A stretch of 64,000 nt of DNA, taken from Amphiscolops sp. MND2022 (lineage: Eukaryota). The DNA lies in contig OZ076409.1 in the NCBI GenBank assembly GCA_964187785.1, positions 19,346,001 through 19,410,000 of the forward strand. The letters are read 5' to 3'. The position numbers and the translations under genes are program-made. The notes under the pieces were generated by a model. It worked only from the letters and a program-made list of their open reading frames with translations, was not told the DNA's origin and did no database searches. Below, piece after piece: positions 12,176-23,470 of the stretch (position 1 is the first letter of the stretch; the number at the start of each line of letters is the position of its first letter).

Positions 12176-13841
12176 ATAAATGCTGCTCTCCCATTGTTGA
12201 AAATTTTATTGCAATTGCTTTTAATAAATGCATCCAAGAAAAAACATATCCGAAGTGTTTCAAAACTGCAAAAGTTATTCCTCTACACAAAAAAGGCGAT
12301 AAAACAGATCCATCCAATTACCGACCAATTAGTCTTTTGAGTTCATTAGGAAAAATTTTCGAGAAACTTTTGCACAAACGTATGGTCAAATTCTGCAAAA
12401 AAGAGAATATATTAACACAAATTGAATATGGTTTCAGAGAGAAAAGATCATGCATTGACGCTATTAACTCTGTGACAGAATTCATGAGAAATGAAATTGA
12501 GGCAAAAAATAAAGGACAAGCTTGCTTTATTGACTTACAGAAAGCGTTTGATACACTTGACCATGAAATTCTAATGTTCAAATTGGAGAAATATGGCTTC
12601 AGAGGAACAATTTTAGAAATACTCCGAAAGTATCTCAGTGACCGGTACCAATTTGTTTGTGAAAATGGAAATCATTCCAAAAAACTCTGTGTTAAAACTG
12701 GCGTTCCCCAGGGCAGTGTACTAGGCCCCTTCCTTTTCCTCCTTTACATCAATGACCTACAAAAAGTTGTGAAGGACAGCCAAATAGTGATGTTTGCAGA
12801 TGATACAACTATTGTGAAATCTGGAAAACATACTGACCGGAAACTCAACGAAGATCTACATAGAATCACTGATTGGTTCACAGCTAGTAAACTTACAGTT
12901 AATATAGGTAAATGCGAAGCAGTATCATTTGGCAACGGATTACCAGAAAAAATAACTATTCTAAATGAAGAACTATGTTACAAATCTTCATGTAAATACT
13001 TAGGTCTACATCTAGATGGAAGTCTCAAATTCAGGGAACACATCAATTACGTTGTGAAGAAACTCAATAAATTTTGTGGTTTAATTTACCGTGTCAGAGA
13101 CTTGTATCCGAGAAAATGTCTTCTCATGTTCTATAATTCGTTTGCCAGGTCAATAATTTCCTACGGTATCTTAGTGTATGGCTCAGCAGCAAAAACAAAT
13201 TTGAAAAAAATTGAAAACGCACAGCGAAGAATTATCCGAGCTATTTTTTTCAAAAAGCGATCTGAATCCATTTCAAACTTGTTATTGGAAAATAAAGTCC
13301 TAACAGTTTTTGAACTTTACATGGAAGAGCTTGTCAAGGAGTTGTTTAAGCAACTACGTAATGAGACACCACAAAAGTTTTTCCCTGAGAAAGTAGCAGA
13401 AAAGAATAAACCTACAACCCGCTGGAGTCAAAAAGGACTCTTTTCTTCAACCTATTGCAGAACTGTAGTAAAAAGGAAATCACTTGGGAACACTCTGCGA
13501 AAAGCATTCAATTGGTTGAAGTGGATGAACTTACTCCCGGAAATTATTGAGTCTTTCAGTAAGGTTCAATTGCGTAAATATACAAAAAATCTCACTGATT
13601 TGTACATTGTTGATAACAAACACCTCTACTCAATTTTTTTCTAGGCTTTAAAGTAAAACGTAAAATCTATATTCAATTCGTCATAATTGGTTCTCGGGGC
13701 AAGGACTCGAAGAGCATGTATGCTCATTCCTTGTCCTTTTTGGATGTTTTAGATTGATACTTATTTGTATGTATCATTATTTTGTATCTTTTTTGTACGA
13801 CTTCATCCAAATAAATTAACTTACTTACTTACTTACTTACT
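12176..13841 (+). mobile_element. 5'-truncated non-LTR retrotransposon (CR1/L2 group, Crack/Daphne-like)
   Basis: Uninterrupted RT frame, 3' UTR stem-loop (~13697-13736), AATAAA, then a (TTAC)n tail at ~13816-13841. No endonuclease domain upstream. Confidence 0.9.
12181..13644 (+). CDS. LINE ORF2 reverse transcriptase (N-terminally truncated)
   Basis: The frame is open upstream of the called ORF (FKTAKVIPLHKKGDKTDPSNYRPISLLS). Motifs: FIDLQKAFD, GVPQGSVLGPFLFLLYINDL, MFADDT, KYLGL. Confidence 0.93.
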   Translation, partial: CCSPIVENFIAIAFNKCIQEKTYPKCFKTAKVIPLHKKGDKTDPSNYRPISLLSSLGKIFEKLLHKRMVKFCKKENILTQIEYGFREKRSCIDAINSVTEFMRNEIEAKNKGQACFIDLQKAFDTLDHEILMFKLEKYGFRGTILEILRKYLSDRYQFVCENGNHSKKLCVKTGVPQGSVLGPFLFLLYINDLQKVVKDSQIVMFADDTTIVKSGKHTDRKLNEDLHRITDWFTASKLTVNIGKCEAVSFGNGLPEKITILNEELCYKSSCKYLGLHLDGSLKFREHINYVVKKLNKFCGLIYRVRDLYPRKCLLMFYNSFARSIISYGILVYGSAAKTNLKKIENAQRRIIRAIFFKKRSESISNLLLENKVLTVFELYMEELVKELFKQLRNETPQKFFPEKVAEKNKPTTRWSQKGLFSSTYCRTVVKRKSLGNTLRKAFNWLKWMNLLPEIIESFSKVQLRKYTKNLTDLYIVDNKHLYSIFF

Positions 13842-14105
13842 GAGTGAACAATGGATGTTAAAAAATATAATGACAACCAAATTGTAATGAACACCACTTT
13901 ATTGCAAAACTACAAACGCTTTCTTCATTTAAATGAGTTTTTGGACGGTATGGCTGTCCATGGTTCTCTGTTAAAGCGAAAAAACGTGAGAGTTTTAATC
14001 TTAACGAGGTTTTTTCTGTTTTCAGTGAAAAGGTTTGCAGGCTCTATTAAAGTTGAGTTTGCGCGAAGCGAAAGTTCAGTTCATATATTCTGTAATTTTT
14101 TTATT

Positions 14106-14560
14106 TCAATCCACAGCAATTGCAAATTTTAAAAACAGACTGTCTATGCGCTCTCTGGGCCTAGTCGGAGCTGCACGATAAGTGTTCCCTTTCTCTAACT
14201 GAGGGTCAACTCGTTGTGCCAATTTAGGTAATAAACTTTTCATTTGACGCGTTTCGCTTTGTAATTGGGCGATTTGTTCTTTCATTTCTCTCTGGGTTGC
14301 AACTGTTGGTTCATTTGCTGTCTCACCCTTTGATCCAGTTTCAGTGTTGAGATTAGATTTCGAGTTTTCGTTATTTTCCATGTTTAGATGAATTTCAGAT
14401 GAAGATAATTTATTATCAGAATTTCGGACGATTTTTCCAATACGTTGTTTGCGATGTGGATTTTCGTTCATACGATAGACAGTAGGTGGATTGTAGAATA
14501 GATTAATTTGCGAAGTTGATGAATTTATGATAGAAGCAAAGTATCAAATAGGGTGCCACT
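14106..14560 (-). pseudogene. Possible LTR-retrotransposon gag N-terminal remnant
   Basis: 121-aa low-complexity/coiled-coil ORF, with a PBS-like TGGCACCC about 80 nt upstream on the minus strand. No diagnostic domain. Confidence 0.25.
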
Positions 14561-14939
14561 GGTCGGTAGCAAGCAAATCTGGTTAGCTAGTTTAACTATT
14601 TTGCGACTCCTTCTGACATGTCACTTCAAGTGACAAGACGCATTTTTTGCCATTCTCACCTTTCAATTAGCCCATATGGCGAGGTGTCTATTGGGTCAAT
14701 TAAGGGACTGCATCAATTCGTGACCACAAGTTGGCGCAATTTTTCATGTATGTAAAATGGTGAATATATAATTTGCACCGATGACTATGAATCACAAAAT
14801 TGAACAAAAACATGAAATTTTAAAAATTGATGCTTTAAGGCTGGTAAATGACTGAGTCTGTTAGTGCAGAATTTTGGATGAATCGGGACGTAGCAACTTG
14901 GCGGTAGAGGCGTTGACCTCATTGTATTGGTTTTCATCC

Positions 14940-15139
14940 NNNNNNNNNNNNNNNNNNNNNNNNNNNNNNNNNNNNNNNNNNNNNNNNNNNNNNNNNNNNN
15001 NNNNNNNNNNNNNNNNNNNNNNNNNNNNNNNNNNNNNNNNNNNNNNNNNNNNNNNNNNNNNNNNNNNNNNNNNNNNNNNNNNNNNNNNNNNNNNNNNNNN
15101 NNNNNNNNNNNNNNNNNNNNNNNNNNNNNNNNNNNNNNN
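14940..15139. other. Assembly gap (200 N)
   Basis: Run of N. Confidence 1.
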
Positions 15140-15580
15140 GCCCAACAAAATTTCAGAATGTTTGTTTATTTGATTTTCAAATAACTTGGATGATAGCAGA
15201 AATCAGAGCTAGTTTTGTTTTGGTCCAATTCTTTTTTTACAAATAAGGGTTCAGTTTATTTCTTACACTATTGTATAAATATTTTTTAATTACAAATATT
15301 ATTATTAATACTACTATTTCAATGATAATTTCACTTGACCTCTTAACTGGGGGTATTAAATTAGTGGGGGAACCAGGGGTTGGTAATTTTGTATTGCAAT
15401 GCAATACAAGCCTACCAATTAATAATTTTTGTGCTAACAGAAAAGATCCCTTCATCATTTTCAAATGTCAATTATCACGTTCAAGCGCCACTTCATTCGT
15501 AACAGTGTGGTATGAGGCGCGGCGCGGAATGTATACATGTACTGTGTATATATATTCCAATTACTTTACTGTGAATAGGG

Positions 15581-15655
15581 GACTATGGCTCAGAGCAACA
15601 GCTTCCGCTTGTCAGATCACCAAAGTTAAACACTTGGCAGGCGGAGGCGTTTGAT
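15581..15655 (+). pseudogene. Degenerate 5S rRNA-like fragment
   Basis: CTTGTCAGATCACCAAAGTTAAACA resembles the conserved 5S internal segment CTCGTCCGATCACCGAAGTTAAGCA; the ends are poorly conserved. Confidence 0.4.
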
Positions 15656-16181
15656 ATCTGTAACATATCTGTAGATATCTATGGATAGGTCTCAGATATC
15701 AACTATATCAACTGCTGGCTCTGAGCAAATGTCCCCTTTTTAAAAAATGTTGAAAATCATTTTTGAAATGAAACACTGTACTATTTCAATAGGCGCCAAG
15801 AATGACCAAGAATGGTTCATTCTGTAACCGAGAAAGTGTGCAAAAAGTGCTCAACGGCGAGAAAAAAATGAAAACTCGGCAATTTATTGTACAATAAATG
15901 TATTAATTAATGTTGTTTGAAAGTTAGAGTATTTAATGAAAATGCCAGTCAAAGTAATGCATTTATTGAATGTAGGATATCCATTAATAATGTATTCTTT
16001 TAATGCAAATCCCTGATCGCAACTCCATTGCTCAAAATAGCGAATTTAAAACTCAAATATCTTTAAAATTGTCAGCTACAAAAGTTTCTTAGACTTTCAT
16101 CTAATTTACAAAAATGTTTGTTTGAAAATTCTGCGAGAAAAATTACAAAAGTTAGAAATACGAAAATTTGACAAAATTTCA

Positions 16182-16369
16182 GGATCTTTACTGGTAATCC
16201 CCCCACCACGTTAAGCGGCCAAGAGAAATTATCATTGAATAAATATTAACAACCAATGGAATTGCAGTATTTTATAGCTCTAACTGCAACTGAAACTCAT
16301 CACTGATAGTGGTGGGGAATTAAACTTCCGAGCTTACTTTGGGGGAGGGGGGAATAACAGAAAAGATAC
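16182..16369. mobile_element. GG...CC MITE (Merlin-like family also at ~31850-32026, 44761-44930 and an inverted partial at ~15300-15449)
   Basis: Shared core ATTGCAGTATTTTATAGCTCTAACTGCAACTGAAACTCATC.CTGA.AGTGGTGGGGAATTAA with degenerate GGATCTTT TIRs. Confidence 0.6.
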
Positions 16370-16640
16370 AATTTTCATCAAATTTGCACTTTTTCTTGAT
16401 TTTCACAAAGTTAAAAATATTTTTGGAAAATTTTCTATCCATCGTTTGCCCCCAAGTCTCCTGCGGATGCTGATATGGTTTCATTGAAAATTTTTTCTAT
16501 TTAAAATAAAAATCGGTACTTTCCTAATAGACCGGACGCACTATATAGAGACCGTACAATCAGTCATTGACTTAAAGACTCCGGTTTCAGGAAAGTACCT
16601 AAAAATCATCAATTCTCTAAATACAATTCAAACTTTCATT

Positions 16641-16939
16641 GAAATAGCAACGCGGTGTGATTTTGTGTAATTTCTTGTGAAATAGCAACGCAGTGTGATT
16701 TTGAGCAGTTTCTTATGAAATAGCAACGCGGTGTGATTTTGAGTAATTTCATCTGAAATAGCAACGCGGTGTGATTTTCGAGTAACTTCGGTGAAATAGC
16801 AACCCGATGTGATTTTCGAGTAACTTCGGTGAAATAGCAACGCGATGTGATTTTCGACTACCTTCGGTGAAATAGCAACGCGATGTGATTTTCGAGTAAC
16901 TTATTGAAATAGCAACGCGATGTGATTTTCGAGTAACTT
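16641..16939 (+). repeat. 38-bp tandem minisatellite, 8 units
   Basis: GAAATAGCAACGCG(G/A)TGTGATTTTCGAGTAACTTCGGT repeated head-to-tail without unique spacers. Confidence 0.95.
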
Positions 16940-16988
16940 TGTTGACAAGCAATAAGATTAAAAGCAAATTTTAGTTGTTCATTTTCAA

Positions 16989-17059
16989 GGCGCTATGGCC
17001 AAATAGTTAGTGCGCTAGCTTTCGAACCATAAGGTCTTGGGTGCGATTCCCGGACAGGT
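16989..17059 (+). pseudogene. tRNA-derived sequence (SINE head or tRNA pseudogene; TCG in the anticodon position)
   Basis: A-box-like TGGCCAAATAGTTAG and B-box-like GGTGCGATTCCC at tRNA spacing; stems pair poorly. Confidence 0.55.
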
Positions 17060-17341
17060 AAAATATTTCCTATTTCGGAAATAAGATCTAAATATTTTTC
17101 TTGATTTCAGTAAAATAACTTCGAGAAAAGGCCTTGCTATTTGTGTTACTGTTGTTTGCAATTAATTGTTGTCAAATATTATTTAATTATTTCGTTCTTT
17201 TTGCCGCTTTACATTTAATAATTTGATTGCTTTGTCATCATTGTGGGTTCGAAACTTGGCCCCGAATAATCAAGTATTTACTGCTTCTATTTTTGACTCT
17301 CAAAACGATCTATAGAGCAGCTTTTCCTATAGCTAATTTCA

Positions 17342-17532
17342 AACTTCGGTGAAATAGCAACGCGATGTGATTTTCGAGTAACTTCGGTGAAATAGCAACG
17401 CGATGTGATTTTCGAGTAACTTCATTGAAATAGCAACGCGATGTGGTTTTCCCCAGTGAATTTCATTGAAATAGTAATGCGGCGTGATTTTCAGTCAATT
17501 AAAGTGAAATAGCAACGCGATGTGATTTCGAG
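17342..17532 (+). repeat. Second array of the 38-bp minisatellite, 5 units
   Basis: Same GAAATAGCAACGCGATGTGATTTT unit. Confidence 0.9.
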
Positions 17533-18676
17533 TTTTTTCTAATGGGGGCCTATTCATACAGCAGAAAATAAAGCAGCATAAAGAAGCATCCTGATGGGAA
17601 TGAATATAAAAACTATTGTTGCGTTTGCAATACGATTGAAATAATCTAGAAGGGGAGACATTTTTGTGTTGTCTTTTGTTGTTTAAGGGTTCAAAGACGC
17701 CACCAAAGACGCCACTGTACTGTATTATATTGATTTATAACATCGATATTTTAACAAGATAACAAGATATATTGAAGAAAAAGGAACTATTTTTAGCTCA
17801 ACGTAGATCATCTAGACACTATCATGAGTCTTATATGTACTGCATTTTATATAAACCTCAGGAAAGTGCTAGTCGAAATATGTCAAATCAAGTTTAATTT
17901 GGATATTGTTTGCTAATGGCTCCCGCGAACTTATTTCCCTTTTCCCACTTAAAAGTTTTGGATTTTCAGCGTAGTCGTTTTTTCACTGTTTTGTCAGAGG
18001 AATTATCCCAGCTTACTGATAAAGGGCCACAGTATCCCATTTAGTTTTGGTAATGGTCACGAGTTTGCTTAAATTCATTTTGGATAGAGCCATTTTACGT
18101 GTTGACCGGGATTTTAGAAGTGAAAGTCAAGTTGTTCATGCAGCGTGACAACCTTCATTTTCCAATCAATGATCACCTTTTCTTGTTCACACAAGCGTGG
18201 AACGAACCTGACTTCATAGTTTTTGTTTGAAACATTCGAAAGCTTAGATTCAATAATTGATTAATTTCCGTGAAGGTGGCAATTTTCTGCAAACACTCTG
18301 GGGACAGATAAATTTTCCTGTGAGTGGGGTGGGGGGTATTAGCAAACAAGATCCGTTAATTTATATCAATAATCAGAAATTCTTCAATTGTAACACGACG
18401 AATTTCGTCTCGGTGCAAAACTGTGGCTATACTGTAGTGTTCATATCGTTTTCATATAGTACCAGTGCGGCGCCGAGCAACATCACCGTCCAAGTTAATA
18501 AACCACTTGACTTGAAATATTTCACTTGAAAGGAAAGTATTCAGTATTCGATGCCTATTCTGATTGAGTGAGACAGTACCAAGTTCATTCAGTTTTATAC
18601 TGTTATGTTTTATTTTCTTTTTCAAATATTACATTATTTTCTCACTCAAAATGCTCCTGATTTTAATTTACCCAAC

Positions 18677-18747
18677 GTTTACGAAACCAGAGTTGGTGGG
18701 ACATAGACCCCACTTTTTACTAGGCCTTGGTGGGACGGAAATAAGGT
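18677..18747 (+). repeat. Dispersed ~60-90 bp GTGGGAC-rich repeat (at least 10 copies between 18.6 and 47.4 kb)
   Basis: Consensus CGTTTACGAAACCAGAGTTGGTGGGACATAGACCCC.TTTTTACTAGGCCTTGGTGGGACGGGCA. Other copies at ~28308(-), 28440, 32606, 33060, 34220, 37143(-), 37768, 39519, 43118(-), 47260(-). Confidence 0.85.
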
Positions 18748-18816
18748 AAAGTCACTAGTTAAAAAAATAAACTAGTAAAAATTACATTGTCAAGAATTCA
18801 CAAGAAAAGAACTCAC

Positions 18817-19378
18817 TGGGTTCTGGTGAATACAAGTCGGATGCCTCAATTCCTCGCTCTCTGATTTCTTGCTGACGTCTCAAACAAGTGTTTTTTGACA
18901 GGTGTTGCTTGAGTTTTCCAGTGCTGGCGCAAATCAGACCGCATTCAGGACAAGTACAGCGATGAATACTCAAAGTTTTCCGTTGTTGATGAGCTAAAAC
19001 AGAATGAAGTTAATATCTCTAGATCTTCAAATAACATAAGATCAAAGAGCATAAAAATGGAATTAGTTCAAATTTTAAATGGCAAAGCATGAGTTACATA
19101 GAAAACACTACTTTGGGCCTCACCTATGATAGCATGAAAAAGGAAAACAATAGTCAACAAATATTCGTTTTCTTTTTGTTTGTTTCATTCGGGGTTTAAA
19201 CTAAAACTTTTCCCCAAAACTTGGCTTCAAAAAAATTTCGAAATTTCTCATTTTGAAAATATTTTTCAAATCCAACATAATATCTGAACTCACCAAGGCT
19301 TGTAGATTGATGACGCGTGTAGAACCATTGCTTGTTGGAATCAAACTCTTTGAAGCAGTGGATACAAGTGAAGGTCAT
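18817..19378 (-). CDS. Spliced zinc-finger gene fragment (exons 19378-19294 and 18993-18817); 3' exons not resolved
   Basis: GTGAGT donors and a TTCTGTTTTAG acceptor join in phase 1 to give MTFTCIHCFKEFDSNKQWFYTRHQSTSLAHQQRKTLSIHRCTCPECGLICASTGKLKQHLSKNTCLRRQQEIRERGIEASDLYSPEP. This has two C2H2/C2HC-like fingers; the splice supplies the last His of finger 1. Confidence 0.72.
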
Positions 19379-19509
19379 TCTGGAATCTGCAATCTAGGTC
19401 TTTTATTGAAGGTGGTAGAAAGTTTACCAAATGTCTACTACTGCACGGGACAAATGTTCAACACAAACTGAACCTGAAACTGTAACTTGACTTCGTCTCA
19501 GCAGCTCAA

Positions 19510-19580
19510 GATCGACCAATCACGTTAGCCGGATTTTGGTTGATCAACCAATCACAATAGCCGAAATTTGGCAGATTGGA
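19510..19580. promoter_or_regulatory. Cluster of CCAAT boxes upstream of the zinc-finger gene
   Basis: GACCAATCA, AACCAATCA and GATTGG within 70 bp, ~140-200 nt upstream of the ATG. Confidence 0.4.
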
Positions 19581-20559
19581 AAAAGATGATGTATGCTGGT
19601 GTTTGATGAGCAGGGCGACCAAATAATAACGTAAAAATTACAAAAGTTGATTTGACGATTTGTAGAAAAAAAAGACTTTATATTGACTTTGTGAAAAACA
19701 TTTGTCGAATCATGCGGTCGCAGGGGGGATAAGACACATGGTTCAAATACCATTGTCGACATCGTTTGCGTTGAAACTTTGATCAAGAAAACAATTGATG
19801 TCGACATAATTGTATACATTACATTGATTGTCAAAATAATGATTTAAAAATAATTTTTGCCTAAATAATTCCAATAAATACAATCAAAGTATTTTAATGG
19901 AACGCGAAAAAAAATACAAATAACTTACTTTCTCTCTGATAAAATACAAATAATTTATTTTTAGTGTCAAATAATTTTACCAGAAGAACAGTGTGCATAG
20001 GAAATATTTTTTGGCATCCCTCGGAGTTAAACAGATGGTCCCATTTGACTATGAGCCAAAAATCATTTACTGAGTACAATGATTAAACATAGGATTGAAA
20101 TAGTTAGAGAGATTTTCAGGCGAAAAGTTTCAATCATTTGCCAAGAGAGGGTGGGTTTATCTTTTAATTCCTTAGAATGCTTGTCACACTCATAATTCCC
20201 GTTTTTTACTTGATGATACTTCAAATTGATTTCAAAGATAATTTATTGAGGGAATGTATTTCATTGATATATTCAAACTTCTAATGAATACAAGACGATT
20301 TCAATTCTTGAGCTGCTTTGATGAATGAACTGGGTTTCAATTTTGAAAACACATATTATAAAGATATTGACAGTCGCGAGGATCGGTTAAAGGAGATAGG
20401 GCAAGAATGTATTGTAATTTGCAATTTTTAGTCCCAATAAATGATTATAGCATATTCAAAATCATAGCAACATCGACTGAAAAAAAGATCAACTTTAATT
20501 ATTAAAAACAAATAGCTATATACAAAGTTTTGAAAACGAAGTGTTCTTTTGAATAATGT

Positions 20560-20690
20560 TTGCAAAAGTGCATGTATAACCAATTGGTGTTTTTGCAAAG
20601 ATCGACTAATACCGAGTTTCGAACCCTTGACCTTGCGTTTATAATTCAAGCACTGTACCGATTAGGCTATAGTGTCTGAAATATTGTACA
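20560..20690 (-). pseudogene. Possible BED zinc-finger remnant (hAT transposase N-terminus)
   Basis: Minus-strand translation (frameshifted) QYF...VQCLNYKRKVKGSKLGISRSLQKHQLVIH resembles the BED pattern; the second Cys is lost. Confidence 0.3.
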
Positions 20691-21028
20691 ATTTAAGTTT
20701 CATTTATTTGCTACGCAACAAATAGGGACATCAATAAAATTCAATAAATTCCATTTGAATACAATACAAGATTATTTATTGTAGAGGATAATTGTTAATC
20801 GTGTTAATCAAGGTTAATTTTACGAATCAAATACCAGAACTCCTGTAAACTCCAGCTGTTTGCGCCATGAGAAAATTTGAGCCATCAATAGCCATTATGG
20901 CCATTATTGATGTAAACATTTGTAAACTTTATGGATTTTCTGTTTCGAACAATTAAAAAATAATAGTTTCCATTAATTTTTGAGCACCTCTGTTACCACC
21001 ACTTTGTCATTGACGAACCCCCACTTCG

Positions 21029-21197
21029 TCATTGCGTTGCTTGTTTTTTATCTTACTTCCATTATGGAAATAAGATAAAAAAGCAACGCAATGTGATTTG
21101 CGCGCTGACAAGTCGTCAACGCACAATCACATTGCGTTGCTTTTTTTATTTTATTTCCATTATGGAAGTAAAATAAAAAAGCAACGCAATGTGATTC
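21029..21197. repeat. Two consecutive palindromes built from an AAGCAACGCAATGTGATT motif
   Basis: CATTGCGTTGC...TTCCATTATGGAA...GCAACGCAATG occurs twice. Related motif at ~28245(-), 31370, 31490, 36158, 36257. Confidence 0.85.
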
Positions 21198-21924
21198 TGA
21201 GAAAATCCATTCTTTGCCCCCATGGCCAAGCTAGAGTATTTTTTCAATTCTCACCAAGTATGTATAGTACAAAAGGGGTCTAAGTCCCGCTGAGTGCGGA
21301 TTCGTCAACGGACAAACACTCAGTCACATCGTTTCTTTACATCTTTTATTCAGTCACATCTTTTATTCTCTTGCCATATACTATAGTTTAATTTGGTGGA
21401 TTACCAAATAACAAGAGCAAATGAGGTGGATTGATAATGCAGGGTTGTCAAAAAATTCGCACCAATTTAAATCGCAATTCAATTCGGGAATTAGTTCGCC
21501 GGTTTTTTCATTGATATTTTTTGTCGAAGGCCGCGTGTTGAATTGTACAAATTGTCTCACGAGAAAGCTCAGAAACGTGAGCTTATGCCAAAAAAAGGCT
21601 GAAAAATTGAAATTTTTGATGCGTTTTGTTGAAATATTTAACATCCCTCGTTTTGAAAGAAATTTTCGAGAAACGGTTTTGGAAAAAAATCGATTTAAAT
21701 CGCTATTTTGATTGAAAAAAAAACATTAAAAACGACGTTTTTCTAGAAAGAACGTTTTTTTAACCATGTGATTATTTAATAATACTAGTATTCTCGAAAG
21801 TATGCTCCAAAAAATTCAATAAAAAATTCATTGTAAAAATTTTTGACGCAGTGGGACAATCCTTTAAATTTACCAATTACAGCAGGAGAGTCATCCACTT
21901 CGGTCATCCACCCATGTCAGTCAT

Positions 21925-22328
21925 CCCGGTTTTGGGTGGTGAATGAACCAAGTTGAGAGCTTGACATACAAGCTGTTGGTTTGGATTCAATCAAGAGGGG
22001 GCAATCACTAATTTACTTGGTGAATAGAAACAAACAAGATTGCGGTAAAAGTCCCATCAATGCTTAGTAAATTACAGTTTCAGGTCCCACCAAGTGCATT
22101 TTCGAAACGTCCTATTTGTTTTTCAAACATTAACAACAGAAGCGTCAAGAAACCCTGCCAGCCCCATGAGGTGTTTGGTGGTGAATGAACCAAGTTAAAA
22201 GCTTGGCATCCAAGCTGGCAATCAAGAGAGAGAGCAATCACTGATTTACTTGGTGAATGAAAACAAACAACTGCGTTAAAATGTCCCATCAATGCTTAGT
22301 AAAGTAGTGACAGGTCCCACCAAGTGCA
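21925..22328 (+). repeat. Diverged direct duplication (~240-bp period)
   Basis: GGTGGTGAATGAACCAAGTT...GCAATCACT.ATTTACTTGGTGAAT...GTCCCATCAATGCTTAGTAAA...CAGGTCCCACCAAGTGCA present twice. Confidence 0.85.
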
Positions 22329-22622
22329 ACAACCAATCAAATTCAAACTTTTATCCAATTTTTTTCAACGTCATTTCTCATTCCATGAGTTAGTATTGCG
22401 TTGTTTTGTCGCCTAAGAAGGAAGAAGATTTCCAAGGCTTACAAAATACAATCAAATTCATAAGTTCATAGCAACACAAAAGTATTGATATAGCTAGTTC
22501 AAACGACACTAGCGTTGCAGATTATACTGCATAGAGCTGAAAGTATTCCAAGGAAGTCTACATTCATCAGCTGGTCAAAGAGCACATAGCAAGCCCAGTT
22601 CCGAGCTGACATCAACCCTATC

Positions 22623-23027
22623 ATGTTCAATCCCTCAGCAATGCCAATCAGGTCGTGTATTCGTCCGATAGATGAACTGCTCTCAAATTATGGACCACCA
22701 CACAGAAAAAACGTGCATTTTGCCGACTCAACTACCAATCAAACCTCTCCGACACATCCGAGAGCTTGGAGGATCAAAAGAAGCAAACCCATTCCTGAGA
22801 CAACCCCAACAACCTCGCTCACTCTAATCTCTTCTCTACGGAGTGAAAATACAAAAAGGAACAAAAAACCAGTAACAGTCAAGTTCTCTTTCATTGAAAG
22901 AGCTATACTACCAAATGGACAAGTAATGGAGTCCGTGATATGTTTCAATGCACCCAATGAATACTGGAAACCTGGGGCTCTGGACGACGAGCCGTGTTAT
23001 ATATTGAACTGCCGAACAACAAGATAG
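22623..23027 (+). CDS. 134-aa intronless ORF with a PP1-docking RVxF-type motif; possible reduced glycogen-targeting PP1 subunit (PPP1R3)-like protein
   Basis: ATG start. PIRSCIR...RKNVHFADS resembles PLRPCI...KKRVSFAD of PPP1R3 proteins. The C-terminus KFSF..LP..MESVICF..EYW loosely resembles the end of CBM21. CCAAT at ~22333. Confidence 0.45.
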   Translation: MFNPSAMPIRSCIRPIDELLSNYGPPHRKNVHFADSTTNQTSPTHPRAWRIKRSKPIPETTPTTSLTLISSLRSENTKRNKKPVTVKFSFIERAILPNGQVMESVICFNAPNEYWKPGALDDEPCYILNCRTTR

Positions 23028-23293
23028 TATTTCATTTTACTATTTGTCGTTTTTTGTTTACATTTTTCAAAATCAATTGACCTTTTTCATCTGATTCTCC
23101 ATTTCATGTTTTAAAAGCAAGCTATCTTGGAAAGGTAGAAAGAAGAGTGGCCACAAACAAAAATTGGAAAACGGATGTTCTGCGCTCACATTTTAAAATA
23201 ATTTTTGTTCCCGTTTTCTTGATTTCGGAAAAATGATGTCAATAATCTGTAATAAAGGGGGAAACCTCCTAGGGCTACGCCCTAAAGTCTATT

Positions 23294-23470
<177 letters not shown>

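Noticed and set aside
14861..15184. ORFs containing X runs
   Set aside because: They span the N gap.
16989..17059. Functional tRNA-Arg gene
   Set aside because: Acceptor and anticodon stems do not pair; kept only as tRNA-derived.
16641..17532. Regularly spaced repeats resembling a CRISPR array
   Set aside because: Intervening bases are part of the repeat unit, there are no unique spacers or cas genes, and the context is eukaryotic.
21274..21325. Possible minimal HDV-like motif (CTGAGTG...CACTCAG)
   Set aside because: Only a simple hairpin; no P1 3' strand or L3 consensus.
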